Shown: positions 24,785 to 38,339, counted from the first letter of the stretch. The stretch: 64,000 nucleotides of DNA from Felis catus (GCF_018350175.1 NC_058368.1:224318001-224382000); one strand, 5' to 3'. Made by a program: numbers and translations. Notes: generated by a model from the sequence alone, not told the origin.

Positions 24785-25134
24785 TGGAGAACTTTTTTAA
24801 ACATGCCTTGTTTAACATGGCTAAAAATTGGTCTTTGAGAATATGTACAATTCTTAAAAATTCCAAATATGAGTGATATTCCAAATAATGATATGGCCTT
24901 CTTGTCTGTTTGCTGAATTTAGCAATTCCACAAATATCTGTCTTATGCTTACTGTGTTTTATGTGCCTGAGATATTTCAAACAGTGGTCTGCCCTCAGGA
25001 AGCTTAAATTCTAATGGATGGAGACATAAAAACAAACAAACAAATAACCATAATAAGCAAATCATTAAAAAGTATTGCAATAAATGTGATCCTCTCCTTC
25101 AAAAAATATATGGCATTTAAAAATCCCAATTTCA

Positions 25135-25342
25135 GGGGCACTTGGGTGGCTCAGTCAGCTAAGCGCCCGACTTTGGCTCAGGTTATGATCTCACAGTTCA
25201 TGTGTTCGAGCCCCATTTCAGATTCTGTGCTTACAGCTAATAGCCTGAGCTTGCTTCAGATTCTGTGTCTGTGTCTCTCCCTGTCCCTCCTCTGCTCGTG
25301 TTCTGTCTCTCCCTCTCAAAAATAAACAAACATTATTTTTTT
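25135..25342 (+). mobile_element. CanSINE
   Basis: TSD aaat[c/g]ccaatttca. Confidence 0.93.
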
Positions 25343-26394
25343 AAATGCCAATTTCAAACTTGCAAAAAATTCACTACTACAGCCACACATACAATGTATT
25401 GCAAAGCACTTTGTCTATATTAAACATATGTGAATTTCTACACTTCTATAAAATTCTGTATCACACGTATAGTCTACATCACAATTTATGAGTTCATTGG
25501 TATTTTGTGTGCAGACACAATCAGAAAATTCTACTAAAATGTAGTAACTAAACGACTAAAGTATTGTGATACAAATATAAAAATTGAATTATTTCTCCTA
25601 ATATGAAATGGAAAAAAAAAAAAAAAACGAAATGAAACAAAACACACCATGCAGAATTGAATTAACAAGTGCTGCTCTTACAGTGGCCATCTTGGCCCTC
25701 CAAACAGCCAGACATGTATTTTGGGTTCAGTTAATGAGCCCACCTTACAAATTGGATGGTCATTGGCTGAGCTTTAGGGCAATCTTTTAGGACAAGGACC
25801 TTTGACTTTTTTCCCTTTAGTGTTTCGAAGCTAAATTAGGAGTTTGATTCCAGGTTGAAAGTATCAAGGGGCTTATAGAAATTGTGAGTAAACCTGTCTT
25901 CTGGAAGCAAAGAAAATATGAATTGGACAGTTTTGTCAAAGCAAACTTCATGGTGAAGGACAGTGAAATGACCCCTACGAGACGGTAGAACATGACCTCA
26001 AGTGGAAGACTTGAAGGCACTGTTCCGATCATGCTCTTTAGTATACAATGAAGAAATGAAAGAGACAATGTCCAGAACATGAATAATTTCTGACCATGCA
26101 AACTAGAGGGTTTTGTTTGTTTGTCTGGTTTGGTTTGGTGTTTTGGTTTTTGTTTTGTTTTGTTTTGTTTTGGGTTTTAAGTGCAAAAATAGAAAGTGAT
26201 TCAATATGCTGAACAAATTTATGGCTTTTAAATTTTAATGCTGTAACGATCTTCCTGGAGGCCATCAAACAATTCAAACTGCAGTGGTTGGTTAGAGTGG
26301 ACTGAAATAGTTCTCAACAGCATCCACAGCAGTCGATTCAGGTATGGAAACGAGACATAGGCTTCTCCTTTATGGTAAGATGATGGGATAAAGT

Positions 26395-26640
26395 AGGGGT
26401 TTTTTCAAAGTGTGGTCTGCAGATCCTTAGGGTTCCACTAGACAATTTCTGTGTTTCTTTGAGGTCAAAACTGATTCAAAATGCCATTACTTTGTCTTTT
26501 GACTCTCAATAATCAATTGAGTTTCCCAGAGGCTACATCAAATGTGCTGATATTACCATTCTGGCAGGTCATGGACTGTGCACTTGGGTATTTTTTGTTT
26601 TAAAATTTTCCGTTTTAATATGCATTAAGGCATCTAGCAG
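26395..26640. mobile_element. hAT-Charlie terminal fragment
   Basis: tcaaagtgtggtctgcagatcc...gaggtcaaaact...ccagaggctacat resembles Charlie-family termini. Confidence 0.6.
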
Positions 26641-26917
26641 TCCAAGCAGCAATTTTGTCCTCACGATGTCTTTTCATAATTTTATATTATTGAGGACCCC
26701 AAAATGATGGAGGAAAATGGAATAGAAGATTGAGACTGCTAAATTGATAAATAAATAGGAATAGATGATAGATGAGTGGAAAGAAAGAAGTCGACAGATA
26801 AATAGATGATAGATAGATGACAGATAGATATACTTTTTTTTTTTTTTTCCCCCCGACAGGCTTAACCATCCTGTCCTCTGGAAACAGACACTCAAGCCTA
26901 TAGTGTAAATAGGCTTA

Positions 26918-27034
26918 TAGGATGCCTGGGTGGATCACTCAGGTGAGCAACCAACTCTTGATCACACCCCTGGGGTCAACACCTGCCTTGGGATTCTGTG
27001 CTGATCATGGAGTCTGCTTAAGATTCTCTCTCTC
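26918..27034 (+). mobile_element. CanSINE 5' half (continues at 34851-35063)
   Basis: Head breaks at gattctctctctc, which recurs at 34851; outer TSD aataggctta at 26908-26917 and 35064-35073. Confidence 0.85.
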
Positions 27035-27035
27035 A

Positions 27036-27249
27036 GGGCGCCTGGGTGGCTCAGTCCATCGAGTGACCAACTTTGGCTCAGGTCACGATCTCACTGTTTG
27101 TGAGTATGAGCCCCGTGTTGGGCTCTGCGCTGACAGCTCAGAGCCTGGAGCCTGCGTCAGATTCTATGTCCATCTCTCTGCCCCTCTCCTGCTTGTGTTC
27201 TGTCTCTGTCTCTCACTCAAATATAAATAAACATCAAAAAAATTTTCTT
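27036..27249 (+). mobile_element. CanSINE nested in the previous SINE
   Basis: Full copy whose tail abuts the L1 5' end. Confidence 0.93.
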
Positions 27250-28430
27250 GGGAGGAGGGGCCATGATGGAAGAACAGCATGGAGGCTATTTGTGTGTCTC
27301 GCGTCCATGAAATAGAGCCAGACCAACACTAAACCATCCTACACACCTAAAAAAACCGATCGGAAGATTAACACAACAACCTGCAGAACCTGAACCACAG
27401 AATTCAGCAGGTGCGTGACACGAAGAACTGAACTTGGGGAGCCCCAAAAGGTAGGGAACCCCATCTGAGGGCAGAGAGAGGACAGAGACTGGGGGATGCG
27501 TATGAGAAAAGCACCCCTCCCCAAAAACAGCTGGAGAGAAAGTGGAAAATTGGCAACAGCAGCAGGGACTAAACTAAAAAGGGAGAAAGGAGAGGGTTTA
27601 AATTCCATTAAGACTGTAAACAAGGGAAACACAAAGGCTGCAACTCCGCAGCTCCATACCTGGCGGTGTTCTGGTGGGAAGGGCGAATCTCCAGGAACAG
27701 AGTGGGGTCCAGGAGGGTCTCAGGCCACACGGGGAAAAGCGGTTCCCCTGCTGAAAGGACATTTGGTAGAGACTGTTGAAGCCGCCTGTTCCCGGCAGAC
27801 CCCGGAAGGCGGCCACATTCGCTGGTGCTGGGGGAAGGTTGCCGAGGGTGAAGCCTGGTGCAGATGTGTGTTGCAATTTTCCGTGGCCCCTGAAACGCTG
27901 AGACTACACTGTCTCGTGAATTTTGGTGGGGAGGGCTGGTACCTGGCTGCAGTCTCGGGGCACCGGCAACAGCAGGATCCGGCGGGCATTCCTGGGTGCA
28001 GCCGACATGCGGCCACTGCTCATTCGCCATTGCTCAGTGAGTCCCTCCCGCGAAGGCGCGGAGCGGGTCAAAGCCTCAGTCCTTCCGAAGTAAGGGGCAG
28101 GGGAAAACAGCCGCGTCTGAGACAAAACTTGAGAGAGAGGTACTGCCTAGGGCCTGTTCACGGAGAGAGGAAAAGCGGGGAGTGGACGAGAGCTGAGGAC
28201 GGAGGATGGGTGCACGATTGCTGATCCGGGAGAACAGACTGGGTGGCTGGGTGGTGCCATTTTTCACCATTCCCACGCATGCGCACCGACGAGGACCCCC
28301 CAAGAATCCACCCCAGTAGGCTAGCAGCGCCATCTAGTGGAGAGCGGAGCTGTTACACCAAGTCCTGCCCAACTGGGCCAACTTCTCTCTTCAAGAACAC
28401 AAACCCCTGGCTTAATTATGGACTATAAAG
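27250..28430 (+). promoter_or_regulatory. L1 internal promoter region (GC/CpG-rich 5'UTR)
   Basis: Longest GC/CpG-rich stretch of the window, at the L1 5' end; contains NRF1-like cgcatgcgca (28276-28285). Confidence 0.7.
28325..28340 (-). promoter_or_regulatory. CTCF core motif match
   Basis: Minus strand reads CCACTAGATGGCGCTG, matching the CCACYAGRKGGCRC consensus. Confidence 0.6.
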
Positions 28431-28550
28431 AGCTACATGGACTGACCTCTAGGGGAAAATGAAGCAATTTCAGTCCTACTTCAATCTGTCAGCAGGTTCA
28501 TCTGTTCAATTTTTTTTCTCTCTTTTTCCTTTTTCTCTTTTGTAATTCTT

Positions 28551-29172
28551 TTTCTTGAATACAGAAAGAGAAAAAACTCATTTTTATTTTTGATTTTTAT
28601 TAAAAATTCTGTCTTTAATTTTTATTACTATATTTTTTTACTTTTGTGTATTTCCTTTCAAATTCTACTTTACGTCCATCATTTTATTTTAGTCTACTTC
28701 AGTGTACTCACCTTTTCAAATTTTCAAACAATTCCCTGTTTTTACTTTCTTTTGCTTTTTTCTCTTTTTCATTTCTTTTCTTTTTCTTGAATGCAGAAAG
28801 TGAAAAACTTCATTTTTACTCTCAATTTCTTTTAAAAATATTTTTATTTAATTTTTATTACTATATTTTTTGCTTTTATGTAAATTATTTCAAATTCTAT
28901 CTTACTCCCATCATTTTATTTCAGTCTACTACAGTGTATTCACTTTTTCAAGTTTTCAAACGCTTTCTTTGTGTGTCTTGCCTTTTTTTAATCTTTTTTC
29001 TCTTTTTTGTTTTTCTCTCTTTCCTTAAATTCAGAAAACGAAAAAGTTCATAGTTCTTTTTAGTTTGTATTAAAAACATTTTTCTATAATTTTTTTCTAC
29101 TATATTCTCTACTTTTGTGTATTTTAGTTTCACTTTAGTGTATTCATTTCTTCAAATTCTCAAACTACTTCC
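28551..29172 (+). repeat. Three diverged ~235-bp AT-rich tandem units in the L1 5'UTR
   Basis: Units start near 28551, 28781 and 29021 and share cagaaa..aaaaa..tcat, tactatatt, agtgta.tca, tcaaac. Confidence 0.85.
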
Positions 29173-29379
29173 TTTTTTTTCCTCTCTCTCCCTTTTTTTT
29201 TTGTTTGTTTCTCTAATATGTCAAACCACTTTCTACACCCAAACCAAACACACCTAGGATCTAGCATCATCTATTCGATTTTTGTGTGGGTGTGTTTTTA
29301 ATTTTTAATTTTAATTTTTTTTATTTTAATTTTTTAACTTCAATTTTTCTGTCTCATTAATTACTTTTCAACCTTCAAA

Positions 29380-30255
29380 ATGACAAAATGAAGGAATTCA
29401 CCCCAAAAGAAAGAGCATAAACAAACAACAGCCAGTGATTTAACCAACACAGACGCAAGCAAGATGTCTGAACCAGAATTTAGAATCAGGATAATAAGAA
29501 TACTAGCTGGAGTTGAAAATAGATTAGAATCCCTTTCTACATACATAAAAGAAGTAATAAATAGCCAGAATGAAATTAAAAATGCTATAACTGAGCTGCA
29601 ATCACGGACGGATGCAGTGGCGGCAAGGATGGATGAGGCAGAACAGAGAATCAGTGGTATAGAGGACAAACTTAATGAAGCAGAAAAAAAAGAGGGAGAT
29701 GAAGGCAAAAGAGCACGATTTAAAAATTAGAGAAAACAGTGACTCATTAAAAAAGAACAACATCAGAATCATTGGGGTCCCAGAGGAGGAAGAGAGAGAA
29801 ATAGGGGTAGAAGGGTTATGTGAGCAAATCATAGTGGAAAACTTTCCTAACCTGGGGAAAGACACAGACATCAAAATCCAGGAAGCACAGAGGACTCCCA
29901 TTAGATTCAACAAAAACCTACCATCAACAAGGCATATCACAGTCAAAAACACAAAATACTCAGGCAAGGAGAGAATCATGAAAGCAGCAAGGGAAAAAAA
30001 AAATCCTTAACCTACAAGGGAAGACAGATCAGGTTTGCAGCAGAACTATCCACAGAAACTTGGCAGGCCAGAAAGCAATGGCAGGATATATTCAGTGTGC
30101 TGAATCAGAAAAATATGCAGCCAAGAATTCTTTATCCAGCAAGGCTGTCATTCAAAATAGAAGGAGAGATAAAAAGTTTCCCAGACAAACAAAAATTAAA
30201 GGAGTTTGTGACCACTAAACCAGCCCAGCAAGAAATTTTAAGGGGGACTCTCTGA
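29380..30255 (+). pseudogene. L1 ORF1p, disrupted
   Basis: ATG at 29380 then TGA at codon 4; fragments MSEPEFRIRII..., NNIRIIGVPEEE..., frameshifts at A runs near 29690 and 30000. Confidence 0.95.
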
Positions 30256-30366
30256 GGGAGAAAAGATGAAAAAAATATATATATATATGAATAAATACCA
30301 AAAGCAACAAAAGATTAGAAAGGACCAGACAACACCACCAGAAACTCCAACTCTACAAGCATCATA

Positions 30367-33300
30367 ATGGAAATAAATTCATATCTTTCAGTACTCATTC
30401 TAAACATCAATGGACTCAATGCTCCAATCAAAAGACATAGGGTAACAGAATGGATAAGAAAACAAGACCCATCTCTATGCTGTTTACAAGAGACCCACTT
30501 TAGACCTAAAGACACCTACAGATTGAAAATAAGAGGTTGGAGAACCATCTATCGTGCTAATGGTCAACAAAAGAAAGCTGGGGTAGGAGTAGCCATACTT
30601 ATATCAGACAATCTAGACTTTAAAATAAAGACTGTATCAAGAGATGCAGAAGGACATTATATCATAATCAAGGGGTCTATAGACCAAGAAGACCTAACAA
30701 TTATAAAAATTTATGCACCAAATGTGAGAGCACCCAAATATATACATCTTAATAACAAATATAAAGAAACTCATTGATAGTAATACCATAATAGTAGGAG
30801 ACTTCAACACCCCGCTCACAGCAATGGACAGATCATCTAATCAACAAATCAACAAGAAAACAATGGCTTTGAATGACACACTGGACCAGATGGACTTAAC
30901 AGATATACTCAGAACATTTCATCCTAAAGCAGCAGAATACACATTCTTCTCCAGTACACATGGAACATTCTCCAGAATACACCATATACTGGGACACAAA
31001 TCAGCCCTAAGTAAGTACAAAAAGATCGATATCATACTGTGCGTATTTTCAACCACAATGCTATGAAACTTGAAATCTACCACAAGAAAAAATTTGGAAA
31101 TGTAACATATACTTTGAGACTGAAGAACAGCCTACTAAATAATGAATGGGCTAACCAAGCAGTTAAAGAAGAAATATATATATGTAAGTATAAAAAAGTA
31201 TAGGTAAGTCAATGAAAATGATAGCACCACAATCCAAAAGATCTGGGAAGCAGCAAAGGCGGTCATAAGAGGAAAGTACATAGCAATCCAGGCCTTCCTT
31301 TTTTTTTTTTTAATAGTATTATTATTATTTTTTTTGAACGTTTATTTATTTTTGGGACAGAGAGAGATAGAGCATGAACGGGGGAGGGACAGAGAGAGAG
31401 GGAGACCCAGAATCGGAAACAGGCTCCAGGCTCTGAGCCATCAGCCCAGAGCCCGACGCGGGGCTCGAACTCACGGACCGCGAGATCGTGACCTGGCTGA
31501 ATTCGGACGCTTAACCGACTGCGCCACCCAGGCGCCCCCAGGCCGTCCTAAAGAAGGAAGAAAGATCTCAGCTACACAACCTAACCTTATGCCTTAAGGA
31601 GCTGGAAAAAGCACAGCAAATAAAACCCAAAACCAGCAGAAGACAGGAAATGAGAAAGATTAGAGCAGAAATTAATGCTATCAAAACCAAAAAAAAAAAA
31701 AAACAAAAACAAAAACAAAAAACAAACAGTAGAACAGATCAATGAAGCCAGAAGGTGGTTTTCCAAAAGAATTAACAAAATTGATAAACCACTAGCCAGT
31801 TTGATCAAGAAGATAAAGGAAAGGGCCCAAGTAAGTAAAATCAAGAATGAAAGAAGAGAAATCACAACCAACACAACAGAAATAAAAACAATAATAAGAG
31901 AATATTATGAGCAATTATATGCCAATAAAATGGGCAATCTGGAAGAAATGGACAAATTCCTAGAAACATATACACTACCAAAACTGAAACAGGAAGAAAT
32001 AGAAAGTTTGAACAGACCCATAACCAGTAAGGAAATCGAATTAGTAATCAAAAATCTGCCAAAAAACAAGAGTCCAGGGCCCGATGGCTTTCCAGGGGGA
32101 ACTACCAAAATTTAAGGAAGAGTTAACACCTATTCTCTTGAAGCTGTTCCAAAAAATAGAAATGGAAGGAAACTTCCAAACTCTTTCTATGAAGCCAGCA
32201 TTACCCTGATACCAAAACCAGACAGAGACCCCACTAAAAAGAACTATAGACCAATTTCCCTGATGAACATGGATGCAAAAATCTTCAACAAGATATTAGC
32301 CAACCAGATCCAACAATACATTAAAAAAATTATTCACCATGACCAAGTGAGATTTATACCTGGGATGCAGGGCTGGTTCAATATCCACAAAACAATTAGC
32401 GTGATTCATCACATCAATAAAAGAAAGGACAAGAACCATATGATCCTCTCAATAGATGCAGAGAAAGCATTTGACAAAATACAGCATCCTTTCCTGACAA
32501 AAACCGTCAAGAAATTAAGGATAGAAGGATCATACCTCGAGATGATAAAAGCCATATATGAGCGACCCAAGCTAATATCATCCTCAATGGGGACAAACTG
32601 AGAGCTTTCCCCTAAGGTCAGGAACAAGACAGGGATGTCCACTCTTGCCACTGTTATTCAACATAGTATTGGAAGTCTTAGCCTCTACAATCAGACAATA
32701 CAAAGAACTAAAAGTACGCAAATTGGCTAGGAGGAGGTCAAACTTTCACTCTTCTCAGATGACATGATACTCTGGAAAACCCAAAGATTCCCCCAAAAAA
32801 CTGCTAGAACTGATTCATGAATTCAGCAAAGTGGCAGGATATAAAATCAATGCACAGAAATCGGTTACATTCCTATACACCAACAATGAAGTGACAGAAA
32901 GAGACATCAAGGAATCGATCCTATTTACAGTTGCACCAAAAACCGTAAAATACCTAGGAACAAATCTAACCAAAGAGGTGAAAAATGTATACACTGAAAA
33001 CTATAGAAGGTTTATGAAAGAAATTGAAGAAGACACAAAAAAATGGAAAAAGATCCCATGCTCCTGGATAGAAAGAACAAATATTGTTAAAATGTCGATA
33101 TTACCCAAAGCAATCAACATATTCAGTTCCAATCCCTATCAAAGTAACACCAGCATTCTTCATAGAGGTAGAACATATAATCCTAACATTTGTATGGAAC
33201 CAGAAAAGACCCCGAATAGCCAAAGCAATCTTGAAAAAGAAAACCAAAGCATGAGGCATCCCAATCCCAGACTTCAAGCTATACTACAAAGCTGTAATCA

Positions 33301-34319
33301 TGAAGATAGTATGGTAATGCCACAAGAACAGACACTCAGATCAATGAAATAGAATAGAGAACCCAGAAATGGACCCACAAATGTATGGGCAACTAATCTT
33401 TGACAAAGCAGGAAAGAATATCCAATGGAACAAAGACAGTCTCTTCAGCAACTGGTGCTGGGAAAACTGGACAGCAACATGCAGAAGAATGAACCTGGAC
33501 CACTTTCTTACACCATACACAAAAATAAATTCAAAGTGGATGAAAGACCTCAGTGTAAGACAGAAAGCCATCAAAATCCCCGAGGAGAAAGCAGGCAAAA
33601 ACCTCTTTAATCTTGCCCGAAGCAATTTCTTACTCAATATGTCTCTGGAGGCAAGGGAAACAAAAGCATAAATGAACTACTGTGACCTCATCAAAATAAA
33701 AAGCTTCTGCACAGCGAAGGAAACAATCAGCAAAACTAAAAGGCAACCGACAGAATGGAAGAAGATATTTGCAAATGACATATCAAATAAAGGGTTAGTA
33801 TCCAAAATCTACAAAGAATTTATCAAACTCAACACCCAAAACACAAATAATCCAGTGAAGAAATGGGCAAAAGACATGAACAGATACTCCTCCAAAGAAG
33901 ACATCCAGATGGCTAACCGACACATGAAAAATACTCCATATCACTTATCATCAGAGAAATACAAATCAAAACCACAATGAGATACCACTTTACACCTGTT
34001 AGAATGGCTAGCATTAACAACTCAGGCAACAACAGATGTTGGTGAGGATGTGGAGAAAGAGGATCTCTTTTGCATTGTTGGTGGGAATGCAAGCTGGTGC
34101 AGCCACTCTGGAAAACAGTATGGAGGTTTCTCAAAAAACTACAAATAGAACTATCCTACGACCCAGCAATTGCACTACTAGGCATTTATCCAAGGGATAC
34201 AGGTGTGCTGTTTCGAATGGACACATGCACCCCCATGTTTATAGCAGCACTATCAACAATAGCCAAAGTATGGAGAGAGCCCAAATGTCCATCGAAGGAT
34301 GAATGGATAAAGAAAATGT

Positions 34320-34367
<48 letters not shown>

Positions 34368-34496
34368 GGAGTATTACTTGGCAATCAAAAATAATGAAAT
34401 CTTGCCATTTGAGAATATGTGGATGGAACAGGAGGGTATTATGCTAAGGGAAATTAGTCAGAGAAAGACAAAAATCATATGACTTTACTCATATGA
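30367..34496 (+). pseudogene. L1 ORF2p (endonuclease/reverse transcriptase), disrupted
   Basis: [34 protein letters not shown] motifs; RT FADD reads FSDD (32752-32763); many frameshifts, a SINE insertion and a (TA)n expansion at 34322-34364. Confidence 0.97.
31300..31538 (-). mobile_element. Young felid CanSINE inserted in L1 ORF2
   Basis: TSD caggcc[t/g]tcct at 31289-31299 and 31539-31549. Confidence 0.97.
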
Positions 34497-34850
34497 GGAC
34501 TTTAAGAGACAAAACAGATGAACATAAGGGAAGGGAAACAAAAAGAATATAAAAACAGGGAGGGGGACAAAACAGAAGAGACTCATAAATATGGAGAACA
34601 AACTGAGGGTTGCTGGAGGGGTGGTGGGAGGGGGGATGGGTTAAATGGGTGAGGGGCATTAAGGAATCTACTGAAATCATTGGTCACTATATACTAACTA
34701 ATTTGGATGTAAATTTTAAAAAATAAAAAATAAAGTTAAATTTATAGTTCAAATAAATAAATAAATAAACATTAAAAATATACGTAATAAATTTTTTTAA
34801 CATTTTAATGTTTCCTAAACATTACACATTTTAAAATTTTTCAAAAAAAT

Positions 34851-35063
34851 GATTCTCTCTCTCCCACTGCCCCCATTCCCCTGTTCATGCTTACTCACTG
34901 TCTCTCTCTTTCTCAATAGATAGATGATCGATAGATGATAGATAGATACATAGATACATAGATAGATAGATGATAGATGGAGATATAGATAGATATTATA
35001 AATATATATCAAATAAATAGATATAATAAATGAATAGATGGATAAATAAACCAATAAATAAGC
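34851..35063 (+). mobile_element. CanSINE 3' half with (GATA)n-derived tail
   Basis: CT-rich SINE body resumes; ends at TSD aataggctta. Confidence 0.85.
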
Positions 35064-35578
35064 AATAGGCTTACCTCCCAGTATCCTGACATAAAGTGAA
35101 GCGTTAGGCCCTGCATATCAAGTAAGAGAAGAGTCACTTCCTGTCCACTGGAATGGCTTACTTTGGGCCCTGACTCTGGTGAGGCTTATCAAAACCCTTT
35201 GTCAGAATGTTGCTACCACTGTTGGAAGGTCTGTGCTCCATATATGTGAGAAACATGTAACCTGAATGAATAGTCAAGATGTTTGCTGTGAGATACACAC
35301 AACTTTACTAAGAAAGAGATTAACAAATAGAACGTTCCCACTGACAAATGGAGAGAGTCGAAACCCGTTGGCATGATTTCAACTCCTAAAATCCTACCAT
35401 ATTCACCAACTCTATAAATTAAAAAAAAAAAAATAGTGTATATTTGTTTGTTTAATCTACTCTGAGTTAGGTTCACATTACTTGTGAGTGAAATAACCTT
35501 GACAAAATGGAATATTTATATTTAATACTAAATTAATCTAATATTGAAATATTTTTTGCCTTTTGATATTTTATTTTT

Positions 35579-35800
35579 TTTTTTAATTTTTTTTTCAACG
35601 TTTATTTATTTTTGGGACAGAGAGAGACAGAGCATGAACGGGGGAGGGACAGAGAGAGAGAGGGAGACACAGAATCGGAAACAGGCTCCAGGCTCTGAGC
35701 CATCAGCCCAGAGCCCGACGCGGGGCTCGAACTCACGGACCGCGAGATCGTGACCTGGCTGAAGTCGGACGCTTAACCGACTGCGCCACCCAGGCGCCCC
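35579..35800 (-). mobile_element. Young felid CanSINE
   Basis: Near-identical to the 9469 copy; TSD tgata[t/c]tttattttt. Confidence 0.97.
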
Positions 35801-35925
35801 ATGATACTTTATTTTTTAATACATGCTATGCTCAGTGCACCACATGCATTAAGCTTAATCAGTTTTCCAAACTATTCTATTTAAGGTCAGATTAATATTC
35901 TCATTTAAAAAAATGAGCAGATTAA

Positions 35926-36097
35926 GGGGTGCCTTGGTGGCTCAGTCCGTTGAGCTTCCAACTTTGGCTCAGGTCATGATCTTGTCAGGTTCGTGAGTTC
36001 GAGCCCCACATCAGGCTCATTGATGTCAACACAGAGCCCGCTTCAGATCCTCTGTCTCCTTCTCTCTCTGCCCCTTCCCCACTCACACTTTTTCTCC

Positions 36098-36158
<61 letters not shown>

Positions 36159-36161
36159 CTT
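35926..36161 (+). mobile_element. CanSINE with (TA)n tail, inserted in a MIR-like fragment
   Basis: TSD aaaatg[a/g]gcagatt. Confidence 0.92.
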
Positions 36162-38339
36162 AAAATGGGCAGATTGAGGCATATAGTCATGTAGGTCATT
36201 AATTGTTTGGCCCCATTAAAACCCAAAGTTTCTTTCTCTAGAAAATCTTAGTTTTATTCACCTACTGAAATTCTTTTCATTTCATATGTTACATGAAATT
36301 TAACAAATCAAGTATAAAAGATTTGGAAAGTATAAAAAAAATTAACAAATCAAGTATAAAAGCTTTGGAAACCCACCTAAAGCCTCCCTGTTTATGAGCA
36401 CCGAGGAACCTTTTGTTGCAAAGATCACCTGTTCAACTCATTTTCCAAGTTCAGAGCATGTGAATATAGGTTTTTTTTTAGCAAGAAAACGCCACAGTCA
36501 GTACCATGAAACTTCTGTTTAAAACTTAAAAAAAGAACTATAAATCTCATCCTGATGTTTCCTGGGAGAGAACTAAAGCAGTAATTTTGTAAGCAGGGAG
36601 GTTCAAACGATCTCATCAGGATTATTGTGATTTGGGATTTGTTTTTGTTTTTGTCTTTTCTTTAAAAGACAAACTTTTTTTTTTTTTTTGCCTCTGATCT
36701 AATTTCTTTCTTTTCACAATAAATTCAATCTCAGAGCAGTACTGATGCTATTTTCATCTTGGTGGCTAGAGGAGGAAACAATGGTTTAACCTATTTTTTT
36801 TTTCAGCAGCAAGGAAAAGAACAGTCGCAAAAGAAACTGTCCTGTGAGGAGGAGTCATTTGAATGAGTTCCAAAAAATTCACAGAAATTGTTTTCTAAGC
36901 AATCACACAATTAAACTGCCACATCAGGAAATCGCCAGCGGGATGCTGTAGGCATCCACTCTGTTCTAAAGGCTTTCAGGTTTCCTAAAAAAGGTCCTTT
37001 AAAATGGCCGCCATAGTTGTGCTATAAATCCCTGACCAGTGCAATTTGTTTGGATGGAGGGATCAGGTCAAGAGAGACAAAGGAGCAGACCATTATTTGA
37101 AATGCAGACTCTGGGGTGTTTTCGTAAACATCCAGAGGGACACAATTCATGTGACAACAATGTTATTTATAGCATTAATTTTATTGGTTTGGCAAGTGGA
37201 TTTATTTGCATTAGTTTAAGAAAATTTGTACTCTAAAGAAATAATGTCGGGATAATAACTTCATAATATGTAAGCATTTGATTACTTAAGAAAAGAGAGA
37301 GAGGAAAAAAAAAAAAAAAAGGACCAGGGTTAATATGAAGAAAGTCATCTGCTCAGAGGAATATGCATCTTCTCTAATGGAGTTCACTAGAAGACATGAA
37401 AAGGGACCTTTAAATCTAGAAAAATGTTCTTTTTGGCCTAAACATGTAGGCTACCAACCAGCCTCCCAATTATTTCCAATTGAGGTAGTGACATCTGTCC
37501 TCCAGAAATGTACAAAAACAATCAGATTCCCTTGTCTGTGTGTGAGTTACCGAAGGCCTGTCAGGATGTAACAGTCAATAAGTAAAGCTGTCTGCCCTTC
37601 AACCCGTGACCCAGGATCGTGTGCACATTTTAGAAACTTGTGTCCAACTAAGTGTAACTCGCTAGTATTGATTGAGCTTCTGTTCTAACCCTCCAGGATG
37701 ATTCAATTTTATTTAATTTTACTCAATTTTATTCCAATTCCAAAGTGAAACAAATTCCCTTTGACTACAGGGGTGGATGAGGGAGAGAGAGTACGGTACA
37801 GATTTCACCTGTGTACTACCATTTTACATAAGTGCCTCTCGAGTTTATTTCTCGATTTCGCTTTTTAACATGTTCATTTAATGAGTACTTGGCCATCGGC
37901 TATTTGTAAGGTAGCGCTCCTATTCCTGTGTGTGGAGCTGAAAGCAAAAGAGATAATACAGCTTTCTTATAGAGCTATTTTCAGGCACACTTACTTTAGA
38001 GGCTGTGAATTCTCTTGTCCCTAAAGAATTTATCAGTGGGGTAGGATTTTTGAAATCTAGATTTCCTTCCTTGATTTGCCACTATTTGTTCTCATTATTT
38101 TTGCCAAGTCTATTAGCTTTTCCCAGTTGTTAATAATATACAAACAGTTACTATGAAGCACTATTTTTATTTATACTCAGAAGCATTTAAAACTATTTGG
38201 CTATTCATGTGGGATGCACTCTGTAAAGAAATAGTACCAATTACCATTGTATATGATTACTTATATAGAATGTATGTAAATGAATGCAATAAATTATTTA
38301 CCTACATATAACTATCATTTCTAAATGTCTATAATATCT

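Larger units (their letters stand above)
27250..34770 (+). mobile_element. Full-length but inactivated felid L1 retrotransposon
   Basis: GC-rich 5'UTR, AT-rich repeats, ORF1, ORF2 (EN, RT, C-terminal), G-rich 3'UTR and A-rich tail in canonical order. Confidence 0.98.

Noticed and set aside
27496..28224. Longest ORF in the track (242 aa) and overlapping antisense ORFs
   Set aside because: Lies in the GC-rich L1 5'UTR where stops are rare. No recognisable domain and no evidence for an ORF0-like product.
36300..36371. 30-bp direct repeat with 42-bp period
   Set aside because: Two copies only; simple local duplication, not an array or CRISPR.
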